Assembly: GCA_025603075.1 (NCBI GenBank)
Contig: MU626330.1
Location: 1 to 64,000, forward strand
Length of the DNA: 64,000 nucleotides
Reading direction: 5' to 3'
Origin: Neoconidiobolus thromboides FSU 785
Lineage: Eukaryota > Fungi > Entomophthoromycota
The notes beneath the pieces are model-generated. The model saw only the letters and a program-made list of their open reading frames with translations. It made no database searches and had not been told where the DNA came from. How positions within the stretch are numbered: the first letter of the stretch is position 1; the number at the start of each line of letters is the position of its first letter. This document shows, in pieces, positions 1 through 12,220 of the stretch. The position numbers and the translations under genes were made by a program.

Positions 1-88
1 TTGCTTAAGAAGTTTACTGATAGTTTTTCTGCTCAAATAGCGCTTAAAAATGAAAAAAGTAATGAAACCAAAAAAGGCATCCCCTTAT
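1..88 (+). mobile_element. ~104-bp MITE-like element copy, truncated by window edge
   Basis: Family core CTCAAATAGCGCTTAAAAA-TGAAAAAAGTAATGAAACC and right end CATCCCC. '+' = orientation reading ...TTTACTAACAA...CTCAAATAGCGC... Confidence 0.8.
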
Positions 89-141
89 GTTAATTATAAA
101 AAGCTAAAAAATAAAAGAGGATGTTTAATAAAACTTGAAAT

Positions 142-858
142 TGTGAAATCTGGTGTTCAGTGATTGGAGTCAAAAATAGCTATTGCCTGATCGACTACAC
201 TGTAAGTCGAAAGGTCTTAGTCTATATGACTAAGATAGATTTGACTTATGAGGAAAAGCATGTAATAGGCTACGGGCTATGTAAGACAAATAGAATAGAC
301 AATACTAATGTGAAATCTACGTAAAATACTATCAAGAGAACTTAGTGGGTTTATTAAATGTTTGAGATATCAGGAAATAATTCAGCTGGAAAGCCTTGTG
401 ATAGTATTTTACGTAAATTTTACAGTAGTATTGTCTATTCTATTTGTCTTACATAGCCCGTAGCCTATTACATGCTTTTCCTCATAAGTCAAATCTATCT
501 TAGTCATATAGACTAAGACCTTTCGACTTACAGTGCAGTCAACCAGACGAAGCTGTTTTTGATTCTAATCACTGAGCATCAGATTTCACAGTATTTTACG
601 TACGTTTTGCATTAGTATTGGCTATTATATCTGTCTTACATAGTCTGTAACCTATTATTTGCTATTCTTTATAATTCAAGTCTACCTTAGTCACATAAAC
701 CAAGACCTTTCAATTTACGGCTAGTCAGCCAAGCAAGGACTACTTTTGACTCCAACTATTAAGTACTAGGTTTTATAAATCCACGTAAAATACTATCAGA
801 AAGGCTTAGTGGCTTTATTAAAGGTAGGAGATATTAAGGAATAATTCAGTTAAAAAGC
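142..858. repeat. Large inverted repeat plus degenerate direct copies (cassette array)
   Basis: 198-307 is the exact reverse complement of 426-535 (110 bp). Arms extend imperfectly to 142-334 and 399-590. 591-782 is a diverged direct copy of the right arm; 783-858 repeats 319-396. Confidence 0.9.
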
Positions 859-1068
859 CTCGAGTTACTATACTCTAGTCTCTTCTATACTCCAAAAAAT
901 ATGGAGATCAAAATGAGAGGATAATGTTCTTTAAAATGAGGTTATAAATTCTCATAGAAAATCAAAACAAGAGCATGGAATTGATTATGCTAAACTCGGG
1001 AACACGACAGCTTGGGCGACTATTATGTTGTAATCAATCATGGAGCTGACAAAGCGATATTTTACAGC

Positions 1069-1153
1069 TTTATCACTTTTTCCATTTTTTAAGCGCTATT
1101 TGAGCAGAAAAATTGGTAGTGAAATTCTTAAACACAAAAATGCATTCCCGTAT
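1069..1153 (-). mobile_element. MITE-like element copy (partial)
   Basis: TTTTTAAGCGCTATTTGAGCAGAAAAATTGGTAGTGAAATTCTTAAACAC...CATTCCCGTA. Confidence 0.8.
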
Positions 1154-1705
1154 ATTATAGATTCTTTTTTTTTTCATTTTTTATTTAAATTTTAAATTAT
1201 CATACCTTTTATCAATAAGGTATGTATTTATTGTTTTAAATTTTATGATGTTTCTATTATCATTTTATTTTATTATTTTTAAATGCCAATATATTATTAT
1301 TAAACTTACTCAAAACTAAAAAACTATATAATTATTTATAAATTTATATTCATTTTTACCATATAGTAAAGTTTTACTTAATCAAATGTTATAATGAATT
1401 TAAATTAAATATACATCAAGTAGTATGTCATTCTCAAACTTAACTTTGAAAACTGCGCTTTTTTATGATCAATTAATATTTTATTAGAACACTATCTAAC
1501 TTAAAAACAAATATCATGACAAACCCACCTTAGAAACTTTTAGATTTTTATAATTTTATACAATTTATAACTTGTTTTAATAAATTAGTAGATCGATACA
1601 AGTACACGTTAATCAGAAACATACCTTTGAAGTTGCAGACATATCTATTTATAAATATTTATAAACAAAACAATATCAAATACATTATAATCATAATCTC
1701 ACAAA

Positions 1706-4700
1706 ATGGCAGTACTCGATTTTGAAATTAAAGAATATAGCAACGAACTATCATATAAACAATTTACTAAGCCAATTATTAAAAGCTCAGTAGATGATAG
1801 AGAATATCGATATATCATATTAAACAATGACTTGACTGTATTATTAATTTCAGATCCAAATGGTGATAAAGCAGCCGCTTCTTTAGATATTCATGTTGGT
1901 TCCCAGAATGATCCTGTTGAATTACCAGGTTTAGCTCATTTTTGTGAACATTTGTTATTTATGGGAACAGAAAAATACCCAAAAGAAAATGATTACTCAG
2001 AAGTAATAAAAATAATATAGTAAAATATAACTTAAGAAACTAACAATATTTAAAGTATTTAGCTGAGAATGCTGGTTATTCTAACGCTTATACTTCTTAT
2101 GATCATACCAACTATTACTTTGAAGTAGGCCCAAATCACCTCGAAGGTGCTTTAGATAGGTAATTAAGGATATTTGATTTTGAAACAATAATAATTATGA
2201 ATTGAATAGATTCTCTCAATTCTTTACTTCTTCACTTTTTAGTCCAAGTTGTACTGAAAGAGAAATCAAAGCGGTAGATTCAGGTATTTCATCTTTATAA
2301 AAATGAGATAAAATAATAAGTTGTATAATTAGAGAATAAAAAGAATTTGCAGGAAGATGATTGGAGACTATTACAACTATATAAATCATTTAGTAAAAAA
2401 GACCATCCATATTCTCGTTTTGCTACAGGTAATTGTCGCAAAGATATAATATTTTATAAATATATCGTTTATGCTGTTACTAGGTAACTTGGATACTTTA
2501 CTCGAAGAACCAAAATCAAAAGGAATTGATACAAGAGAAGAGTTATTAAAGTTTTATAATAAATTTTATTCATCAAATATCATGAAACTCGTTGTAAGTG
2601 GAAAAGGTAATCAAATAATATAATATAATATTTTAATGATAAATACTAATTTTATTAAGAATCCCTTGATAAATTAACTGAATGGGTAATTCCTCGTTTC
2701 TCATTAGTTAGAAATCTCAATATTGAGCCACCAATTCATTTTGATTCTCCAACCCCGAAAGAACACTTCAATGTAATTTAAATTTATCGTCATTATATTA
2801 ATTTATTCATGAATATTTGTTAGTCTAGAATTTATGTTGTCCCAGTCAAGGATGCTCGTAGCCTTCAATTGAATTTTGAAATTCCACCCCAAACAAAATT
2901 ATTTGATTCAAAGGTATTTAATTTAATACATCTATTACTTAAAACTTTGTATAACAACTTCTTTTTAGCCTACAAATATTTTATCGCAGCTTATTGGCCA
3001 TGAAGGTCCAGGCTCCATTCTGTCTTTATTGAAAGAAAAAGGATGGGCTATTTCTCTAGAAGCTGGTGCCGTAGAAGACAATCCTGCATTTTGTTTTTTT
3101 GCAATTTCAATCGAAGTAACTTCAATCGGTTTAGGTACTTAAATGTTTGAATTTATGTTATATAACTAATTGTAAAAGAAAATACGGATGATATTGTTTT
3201 AATAGTATTCCAATATATTCATCTATTGTTAAAAGAAGGCGTTAGTAAAACTTATTTTGATGAAGTAAGTTATTTTTCATAGATTTTATGCTTATTAATT
3301 ATTTTCTAGCTTAAATCTATTGAAGACGCAGAATTCAAATTTAGAGAGAATTTTAATGTATCATCTTATGTTTCTCTACTTTCAAGTATTCTTCATTCAG
3401 ATTGTTCTCCTCATGAAATTTTATATACACCTTTTGTTTTAAAGAAATATGATCCAAAGTTAATAATGGAAACCCTTTCTTATATTAATCCAGATCGCTT
3501 GGTGTAAGTATAATTTTATATGATCATATTATTTTTAACATTTTAGTATGCTTTTGGTTTCAAAATCATTTCAAGAAAGAAATGATTTAGTTAAAGAAAG
3601 ATGGTATGGGACAGAATATGCTATTGAAAGGATTTCACAAACCTATATAAACGTAATGTTTATTTATAACTTTAACTTTAATTATTTAATTTTGTAAAAT
3701 AGGGTTTAAAAACAGCTGAGATTAACTCCAAACTTCATTTACCAAAGCCAAATCTATTTATACCTACTAATTTTGGATTATCAAAGCTTAATGGTATAGC
3801 TAAAAAGGTAGTATATTATTTAAAGTAATTAGTTTAACTTATATTTTGTAAGAACCCAATACTTTTGGTTAATGATAAAAAAGGGAGCTTATGGTATAGT
3901 AGAAGTGAATTCAATGTTCCAAAATCATCCATTTTTTTGGTTTTAAGGAATCCTTTTTGTTATGCATCACCACGTCATTTTAGCTACCTAGAACTCATAA
4001 AGGATATTCTAATTGAGAATTTAAATGAAATCACGTATGATGCCCATTTAGCAGGCTTATCCTATTCGATTCATACTACCTACAATGAATTAAATATCAC
4101 AGTACATGGGTTTAATGATAAAATGGAAACACTGTTGTTAGAAATATTAAATAACATTATAAAGTTCAAAATAGACGACGTGATATTTAACAATTGTAAA
4201 GAAAAGGTAATAAAATTAAGACAAATTTACATGAATTAAAACAAGTTGTTATTAAATAGTATTTAAGAGAGCTCCAAAATGCAAAGATGAACCCACCTAA
4301 TGCTCTTGCAAGTTATCAACTTACATGCTTATTACTTGAGAAAGTGTGGAGTAGCGAAGACAAAGAAAAAGAAGTACCAAGTAAAAAATTTATTGATTGT
4401 AATTATGAAACTAATTTTTTAAGCAATTACATCGGATAAATTGATGAAGTTTTCTAACGAATTTTTTTCTCGTGCTTATGTTACCTCATATATCAATGGA
4501 AACTTTAATCATAAGGTAGTAAAGTAGTAGCCATTGTTTTATATAAATTTAGTTTATTTTTATAGGAATCGATCAAAATTTACAATGATATAATGGCCCT
4601 ATTTGATTTTAAACAGCTTTATCCTGCTGAAATGATCTCAAGAAGAAACGTAGTACTCCCGGGACCAAATTGCTCTTATGTTTATCAAAAGAAAGTTCCA

Positions 4701-5501
4701 AATCCAGAAACAACTGATTCATCAATAGAATTTTATCTTGATATATATACCTATAATGATTTAAAAAAAAGAGTCTATTCTCAATTTTTAGGGTACATTA
4801 TTAGTGAGCCAGCTTTTAATCAACTACGTACTGTCGAACAATTAGGTTATATTGTGTATGGTGGAGCAGCTTCAGAATATTCTGTAGGCGGTATCAGTTT
4901 TACCATTCAAAGTGAATTTAATCCTATTTATCTTGAATCAAGGATCGAGGCCTTTTTGGATAAATATCTGGTAAAATTAGCACACTGACATTTATATTTA
5001 ATACTAAACCATTTATTTTAGAATTTATTAGAGAACTATACTGATGAAGAGTTTCAAAATAAAGTACAAGCATTCATTACTATTAAGCTTAAAAAGGATG
5101 ATAATATATTTGAATTTGCCTATAATAAGTGGGCTCCAATTGATTCAGGTTTTTATGATTTTGATGAAGGTAATTCTATAAAAACAAGATTATAATATTA
5201 TGCTAAGCAACATCTTTATTTAATAGCTGAATCTGCCGTTTCTATTTTACGTAATATTACTAAAGATAATATGATTGGCTTTTTCAAAAAGTACGCTATT
5301 CGTGGATCTTCTAATAGACGTAAATTATCAGTACATATGGTTTCTCAAATTACAAAAGAAAATGATGAGAAGCTTGAAAACAATTTTACCTTAAATGATT
5401 GCGGGCAACTTATTGATGATATTGTTGATTTCAAAGCCTCAAACAAACTTTATATACCCCCATTTCCACAAGCATCCATACCTTTATGGCGTGAAGAATA
5501 A
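1706..5501 (+). CDS. IDE: Insulin-degrading enzyme / M16A insulinase (Ste23-like), multi-exon, paralog A
   Basis: Inverted zinc motif HFCEH in [19 protein letters not shown]; later exons GHEGPGS and [17 protein letters not shown]. Short GT-AG introns link ORFs 1706, 3865, 4593 and 5271. Confidence 0.95.
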
Positions 5502-5834
5502 CGAATAAACTTATTGATTTGGAAATTAGAGCTAGCTAATGTTTAAAAAATAAAGTAATAAATTAAAATAAATAACACAACTACTAAGTTTAATTTAGAT
5601 CGTTCTTACAATACCCATTTATGTAATTTAAAAACATATGGCTTTATAATATAATATAAAAGGCTAATTTATTCTATTATTAAAAGTGCCTATATGTTAT
5701 ACAATGCTCAAAATAATTCCATATTATTTATCTTTATAACTTACAATATGAGTCATATAAGCATTTCTCTTACATTCACAAATATAATTAAATCCTTAAA
5801 ATCATCTAATGCACCTTGGTGCTATTTATATTTA

Positions 5835-5938
5835 TATGGTAATATTTTTTTTGGTTTCATACTTTTTCCATTTTAAAAGCACTATTTGAGTAGAAAAATT
5901 GTTGATAAAATTCTTAAATACAAAAATACATCCCCATT
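5835..5938 (-). mobile_element. MITE-like element copy
   Basis: Family core and ACATCCCCA right end; left TIR degenerate. Confidence 0.8.
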
Positions 5939-6244
5939 TATTGTTTTGAAAGTGACATATTATAAAAATCCGCGATAGCAACAGCAGATAGATTTTTTAA
6001 ACCTATAAAAGATGAAATTACATTAACATTTTAAAAATAAACTAAATTGTATTAAATTATCATATGAGTGATTTTTTATTATATTAATAGATTACCAGAA
6101 AATTTATTATATGTGAATATCTAAATTGGTTTCATTTTATCTAATTTTTGAACACTTTATATTAAAAACTGCCCAAAATTCTATAAAAGTAGTTTTTTTA
6201 TTAAAAAGCAAAAGTATCCAACACAGCTTTAAATTATTTTATCA

Positions 6245-6348
6245 TATGGAAGTGTTTTTTTTGGTTTCATACTTTTTCCATTTTTTAAGCGCTATTTGAC
6301 TGGAAAAGCTATTAATAAAATCCTTAAACACAAAAATACATCCCCATA
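6245..6348 (-). mobile_element. MITE-like element copy
   Basis: TA-TGGAAGTG...AAGCGCTATTTGA...ACATCCCCA-TA. Confidence 0.85.
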
Positions 6349-6565
6349 TTTTATATTGTAAGTTAGCTAAATTTCTAACAAATTTAGTAGAAATTTGCAG
6401 ATTAGCAGAGATTTTATTGATATTAATGGAAGTTTTAGTATACAAATAAGTGCATATTCTTATAAAATCCCATTGAAAAATATTTACTATTGACTGTTTA
6501 TAAATAATGTTGCAAATTTGCTATCTAAATAAATTACTTTAATGTTATGATCACAGTGTTGATGT

Positions 6566-6713
6566 ATTACTAAGTTGATAAATAGCTGGATAGGAGAGAG
6601 TGGTTAGCCCCGAAACTATAATCAATCATCTCCACGTAATATAAGCAATATAATAATAATTTTTATTTATTGTTACAACTGTTTACTTTTTAATTATTTA
6701 TCAACTTAGTAAT
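6566..6713. mobile_element. 148-bp element with perfect 19-bp terminal inverted repeats (second MITE-like type)
   Basis: ATTACTAAGTTGATAAATA (6566-6584) and TATTTATCAACTTAGTAAT (6695-6713); single copy in window. Confidence 0.5.
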
Positions 6714-7232
6714 TTAAATAATATCAACATTTAACAGTTCATTTTTATTATTTAATAAAGTATTTAGTAAATTTTTAAAATTTCTGTTATTTTCTTAAAA
6801 TAAGCTGGAGCTAATTTCAATTTTTTTATTTTCTTAGACTTTATAACTCTAATTAATTTTTTGCTTTTTTCTAATTTATCAGATATTAGATAACAATGTA
6901 GTTTGTTACTATATTTAATAAAATGTAAATATTTTTTAGTATCTTATTTTTCTAATACCATTCCTGTATCTTTGTCTCTTTTATATTTTTCAAAAATTAT
7001 ATCCGTTTTCCTATTATTAATAATTGAGTTATTGTTTTATTATTTTTATTATTTTCATAAATAAAAATCTTAATTTTCAAAAATAATTAATGTTTTTTAT
7101 ACTAATTGATGCTTTAAAACTATTTTTCCATTATAAAAAATTCAAAATGTCTATCAACTATATTTTTTCTGTAATGGTTAGCAAAAAAAATTAAATTTAA
7201 ATTTGGGGTACTATTTTATAATTTTTTAAATA

Positions 7233-7335
7233 TATGGGGATGTTTTTTTTGGTTTCATTATTTTTCCATTTCTTAAGCGCTATTTGAGTGGAAAGATATT
7301 GGTAAAATTCTTAAACAAAAAAATACATCCCCATA
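7233..7335 (-). mobile_element. MITE-like element copy, both TIRs intact
   Basis: TA-TGGGGATGT ... ACATCCCCA-TA. Confidence 0.9.
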
Positions 7336-7449
7336 TGATGTAAAAACTTTTAGGATTCAAAATAGTTTTCTTATCTGCATACATATTGATTTTTATAAAC
7401 TTTTTGAATAAAAGCTCTTTAAATGCTAAATTAACCAAAGTTTTCTGCA

Positions 7450-7553
7450 CATGAGAATGTATTTTTTTTGTTTAAGGGCTTTACTAACAATTTTTCCACT
7501 CAAACAGCACTTAAAAAATGGTAAAAGCAATGAAATAAAAAAACATCATTATA
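7450..7553 (+). mobile_element. MITE-like element copy (tandem with next)
   Basis: TTTACTAACAATTTTTCCACTCAAACAGCACTTAAAAAATGG core. Confidence 0.8.
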
Positions 7554-7643
7554 TGGGGATATATTTTTGTGTTTAAGGATTTTTCCACTCAAATAGCGCT
7601 TAAAAAATGGAAAAAGTAATGAAGCCAAAAAAACATCACCAAA
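7552..7643 (+). mobile_element. MITE-like element copy with internal deletion
   Basis: TA-TGGGGATAT...CCACTCAAATAGCGCTTAAAAAATGG; lacks the TACTAACAA segment. Confidence 0.8.
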
Positions 7644-7839
7644 TGTTATATCTTTTTACATAATTATTTAAAATATTATAATTACTAAACCTAAGTTATA
7701 TATATTTAGTTTTTATCCAATTACTTAAATTTTTTATAATATATTATTTATAGTCTAGAGACATGCTTTAGTCAATTTTACCATTGTTTTTTAATTTGTT
7801 TTTTTCCAGTTTTTTTTATTAAAATTAAAAGCTTTAATA

Positions 7840-7943
7840 TATGGGGATGTTTTTTTGATTTATTACTTTTATATTTTTTTTAAGCGCTATTTGAATGGAA
7901 AAATTGTTAGTAAAATTCTTAAACACAAAAATACATCCCCATA
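7840..7943 (-). mobile_element. MITE-like element copy, both TIRs intact
   Basis: TA-TGGGGATGT ... ACATCCCCA-TA. Confidence 0.9.
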
Positions 7944-8444
7944 TCTTGTATAGCATTTTTTCCCTTTATTATAAATAACATCATGTATATATCCTTTATT
8001 AACTGTAACCTGTCTCCTTTGATTTTCTTTATAATAACGATTTAAGGGTACTTTTTTCTGGAATAGACTTTAATTGCATTGTTCATGATTTCAAGGAAAA
8101 CTTGTAGCATCTAAAAAATAGTTAATTTTAAAAAAAGATTATAAAATTTGAGGTTTTTTTATATTATTATTAATTTCCAATTCAATTTCCTTTTCTCAAT
8201 CATTATTAATTGCTTGAAATTGTCTAAAAATTATTAGTATTTCTCTATATAAAAAATAAAATATATACCCCTGTATATTTAATTTAAATCCTCTACATTT
8301 AACAATATTATTAACATCATAAAGTTCTTTTTTATTAAAGCTTTATTTTTTATTTCATTATAGGTTTCGCTCTTAGCCAGAGCAATATACAAACCAATGG
8401 TTAATTTTACTATATTATAATTTTAAGCAGATATGTTTGACTTT

Positions 8445-10985
8445 TTAAACACCGCCACCAGATCTTGTTGTAGAAAATTTGTTAAGAGGGGTTAATGGAA
8501 TATTAGAGCTTGAGTTTTGAGGGGCCTTGATGTATGAAAGGACTTCTAAAAATTCGTAAAATTCTACAGAGCCTAGCTTATTTATATTGGCCTTATTTAT
8601 AACTTGCTCTAATTGAGATGGTGTTAAAGTGGAAAACCCAGAATGTTCTAATACCTTTGAAAGATCTTTATAATCTATATGACCGTCCTTATCACTATCA
8701 TGCTTAGAAAAGGCTTCACGATAGACAGATAATTCTTTTGGTGTAAAATTTCCTCTTGAATAAGATGGAGTCAAACCATTTAACCCTTCAGCATTTTGGG
8801 TGGCTTCATCCTTATTTAATCCCATAGTAGTAAGGAATTTCAAAGCATTATCATATTCTTTGTTTTGTCTGCTCTTATCCCAATTTAATTCAGCACTCAT
8901 TATACTAATTACCCTTGGCAATGCCTCTTTAGCGGCATGAGAATTCAAGAAAGATAAACGCGTACGACGAGCTAAAACATCTACTGCAGTGCATGCATAT
9001 TCATTTTTAACGGCGTAACGTACTTCTGCTTCAAGATAAGGATAAGATGCTGACAATTTTGTGCCAAATAATGGCCAACGTTGCCCAGTAACTTCGCAAT
9101 GAGAAGCAACACCCCATGCTCTATCACCATAATTGGTTGCTAAATGTTTAGCAACATCTGTTTCCAAACCGAAATGCTGTATAAGTTTGATATACATATT
9201 TTTTGAATATCCGTGAGCTCCAATTAATTTCAAAGATTCAGTTGCACATGCATTATTAGGTTTAAGGTTAAATATTTCAACTGCTTTATCTACAGTTTCC
9301 TCAGCCATAGCACGATAAGTTGTCCATTTTCCACCAGCAATAGTGATAAGTTTATTTTTAGATACATTAATCATATGATTACGTACTAATCCTTCAGTAC
9401 TCTTAGCTGATGGGTCTCTTACTAATGGTCGAATACCAGACCAAGCCGATAAGACATCACCACGACGTACATTAATATCTACAATGGATTAAAATTAACC
9501 TTTTTTAGAGCTTTAATATTACCTGAGCTTAAATAACGACGAATTTCATCAAGGATCCATTCAATTTCTTGCTCTTCTGGAATTGGCTCACTAGTAACTG
9601 TTGTAGGGGTATCGGTTGTTCCTGCTACGACATTACCTTCCCATGGCAAGAAAAAGATTACTCTACCATCTGAAGTTGATGGGTCAAGCATACCCATAGA
9701 TGAAGGACTGTAATAGTTTGGTAAAACAATATGTACTCCTGCACTAGGTGCTACTATCTCTTTTGATTCTTTTTCATCCATCTTTCTGAGGCCATCTATT
9801 TTAATTGTCAATTTTCATAATTGTTATTTTTTTTGAAAATACCTGTAAATGGACCAGTTGCATTAATAACGCCCTAAAAAATCAATATCACTTTATTTAC
9901 TAGTTAACTATATCTTTTACCTTAGCTTTAATTGAATATTCTTCACCAGTTAGAACATCCTTAACTTTTGCTCCACGAACAACATCTCCACTCTCGTCTT
10001 TTTCTTTAATTAATTCTATAACTTCAGTGTGATTTACTGAAACTGCACCTTGGAATACAGCAGTAAGAATCAAAGAAATATTCATTCTTGAATCATTATG
10101 TTGTCCTAACAAATTAATTTAAACTATATTTCGTTAATCCTGAATATATATTTACCATCATAATAAACCATAGAACCTACAAGTTCATCTTTTTTCAACA
10201 TTGGGAATGATTCAAGTGTTTTTTTTCTAGACATGAAATAACTACTTTGAAGTCCTTCACCACCAGCTAGTACATCATATACTTTAGAACCAGCCCAGAA
10301 ATAAGGTACTTGCCACCATCTATAAATTAATAACTGTATTTTAGAAACAAATAAAAGTTTACTTATAAATTGGCAACATGATAGGTAATTGTGATGAGAG
10401 ATGTGGCGCAGTATGTAAGAAGATAGATCTTTCATGAAGAGCTTCAACTACAAGTTTGTATTGCTCATAATCTAAGTTCCTAAATGCTTTTTCCAGATAA
10501 CGAACTCCTCCGTGTACTAATTTGGTTGATTTTGACGAAGTTCCTTAATCGAACATGAACAAAACATAGTATAAAAATATAAAAAAAGTACCTGAAGAGT
10601 AATCATCTCTTTCAACTAAACCAACTTTTAAGCCTCTTGATGCAGCATCTAAAGCTATACCTGCACCAGTTGCACCACCTCCAACAATTAATAAATCAAA
10701 CTCTTGACTCTGATCTTTTGAGCTGACTTTAAGTTTTTCAATCATTTCCTCACGAGAAGGAGGGGTCCAAAAGGTATGTATTCCTTCAGGTTCATTTGAG
10801 GAGTCTAAAGAGATGGCACCTTGTGGTCTTTTAAGGATAGGGTGGTCAGGTGAAAGCTGATATGGTTTTTTTTGTGAATTGTTTTTTTGATAGCTAATAT
10901 AAGCTGTAGCACCAGTTACAGCTATAATAGAAGTTATTGCAATAGGCTTGATAGGGATTTTGCCCTTTAATAGTCTCCAAGACAT
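8445..10985 (-). CDS. GUT2: Mitochondrial FAD-dependent glycerol-3-phosphate dehydrogenase with C-terminal EF-hand pair, multi-exon
   Basis: [32 protein letters not shown] motif; [13 protein letters not shown]; DVLARRTRL; EF-like loops [12 protein letters not shown] and [12 protein letters not shown]. Confidence 0.95.
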
Positions 10986-11751
10986 TTGTTTAATTTTTTG
11001 AAATTGAAAAATGGTGATTAAAAAATATTCCAGTTATTTTTATACTTTTAATTTGGTAGCTATTGCATCGAGGTTTTTTTATTTTTATTTTTTATTTTAT
11101 TCTTTAAAATTGCTCAATCATTTAGTTTGTTTAAACGAAGTCACTTTTTTATCTTATCTTATGTTAGCCTTATTCTCTAATAGGGCTAAGGTTTTTTTAT
11201 TTCCAATAAAAATTACATGAATTTAACGTAGATTAAATCCGGATATTCCACAATATAGACACTAAAGATTGTATTAAACTAATGCGGAAAAACATCAAAT
11301 AATTACATAAAACTAAGAATATTTAATAAAACTATTATAAATAATCACTGCTATTAAGATATATTTGAGCCTATACTATTTTTATTAAAAATATATGTTA
11401 TTTTAATATATTGATTAATATATTGTGTACAATAAACATAAAAGTGTATATAGATATAAAGAATAGATATATATATTGTATTAAGTAATTAACTAATAAT
11501 AGAAGCCAATTCTGCTATCGTTATTGTAACTCAGTTTTATACACAATTTTAATAAATTATATACAGTTATTAAGTTTTCCAAATATTCTATTTTTGCGCA
11601 GCTTTGAAAAAAATTGTTTTATTAGTTAGTGGATATAAAATCAAATTTATAAAATTTAACCATTTAAACTTGACTTTAAACGTTTTAACTCTGTATATTA
11701 TGGCACATGTCAAATTATTTTCAACACTCCGCAAAATATATAACATACGAA

Positions 11752-11845
11752 GTTATCTTTTGATTTTATTACTTTCTTATTTTTTTAAGCGCTATTGAGC
11801 AAAAAAGATATTAGTAAAATCCTTAAAAAAGACATCCTCCCTGTA
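11752..11845 (-). mobile_element. Degenerate MITE-like element copy
   Basis: TTTTTTAAGCGCTATTGAGC...TTAGTAAAATCCTTAA...CATCCTCC. Confidence 0.7.
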
Positions 11846-12220
11846 TGAATATTATTATTATAACCCACCTACTAGTAAAACTAATTGCAGTTATGTACCT
11901 TTATTCTTTTAATTTGCTGCCAACTCCTTCTATAATGAGTTCATAAGCTATATATAATCCCTTAATCTGTAAATTCATCATAAAAGGAACTGGTAGTAAA
12001 TTAAAAAAGAACAAAGGCATCTAACTGCACCCAGTCCTAAATGAAAGTGTTCTAATATTTTGCTCACTTTTTAGGTAACTAACTTTTAAACATAGTAAGT
12101 CTCTGCAAAAAACGTAATTATATTAAATGATTTTTGCAAAAAAAGGTGCACAAAATCAATTTATAAAAAAGTTATAGTGATGTATATTATTGTTAGTTTG
12201 TAACAGTTTCAAAATCCATA

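Noticed and set aside
5694-6445. Short ORFs 5694-5876 and 6242-6445 (also 11604-11798 and 18818-19057)
   Set aside because: They read through MITE copies or AT-rich DNA and have no protein motifs.
7960-8260. Minus-strand coding-like fragment cut by a MITE
   Set aside because: Only ~37 open codons and no recognisable family.
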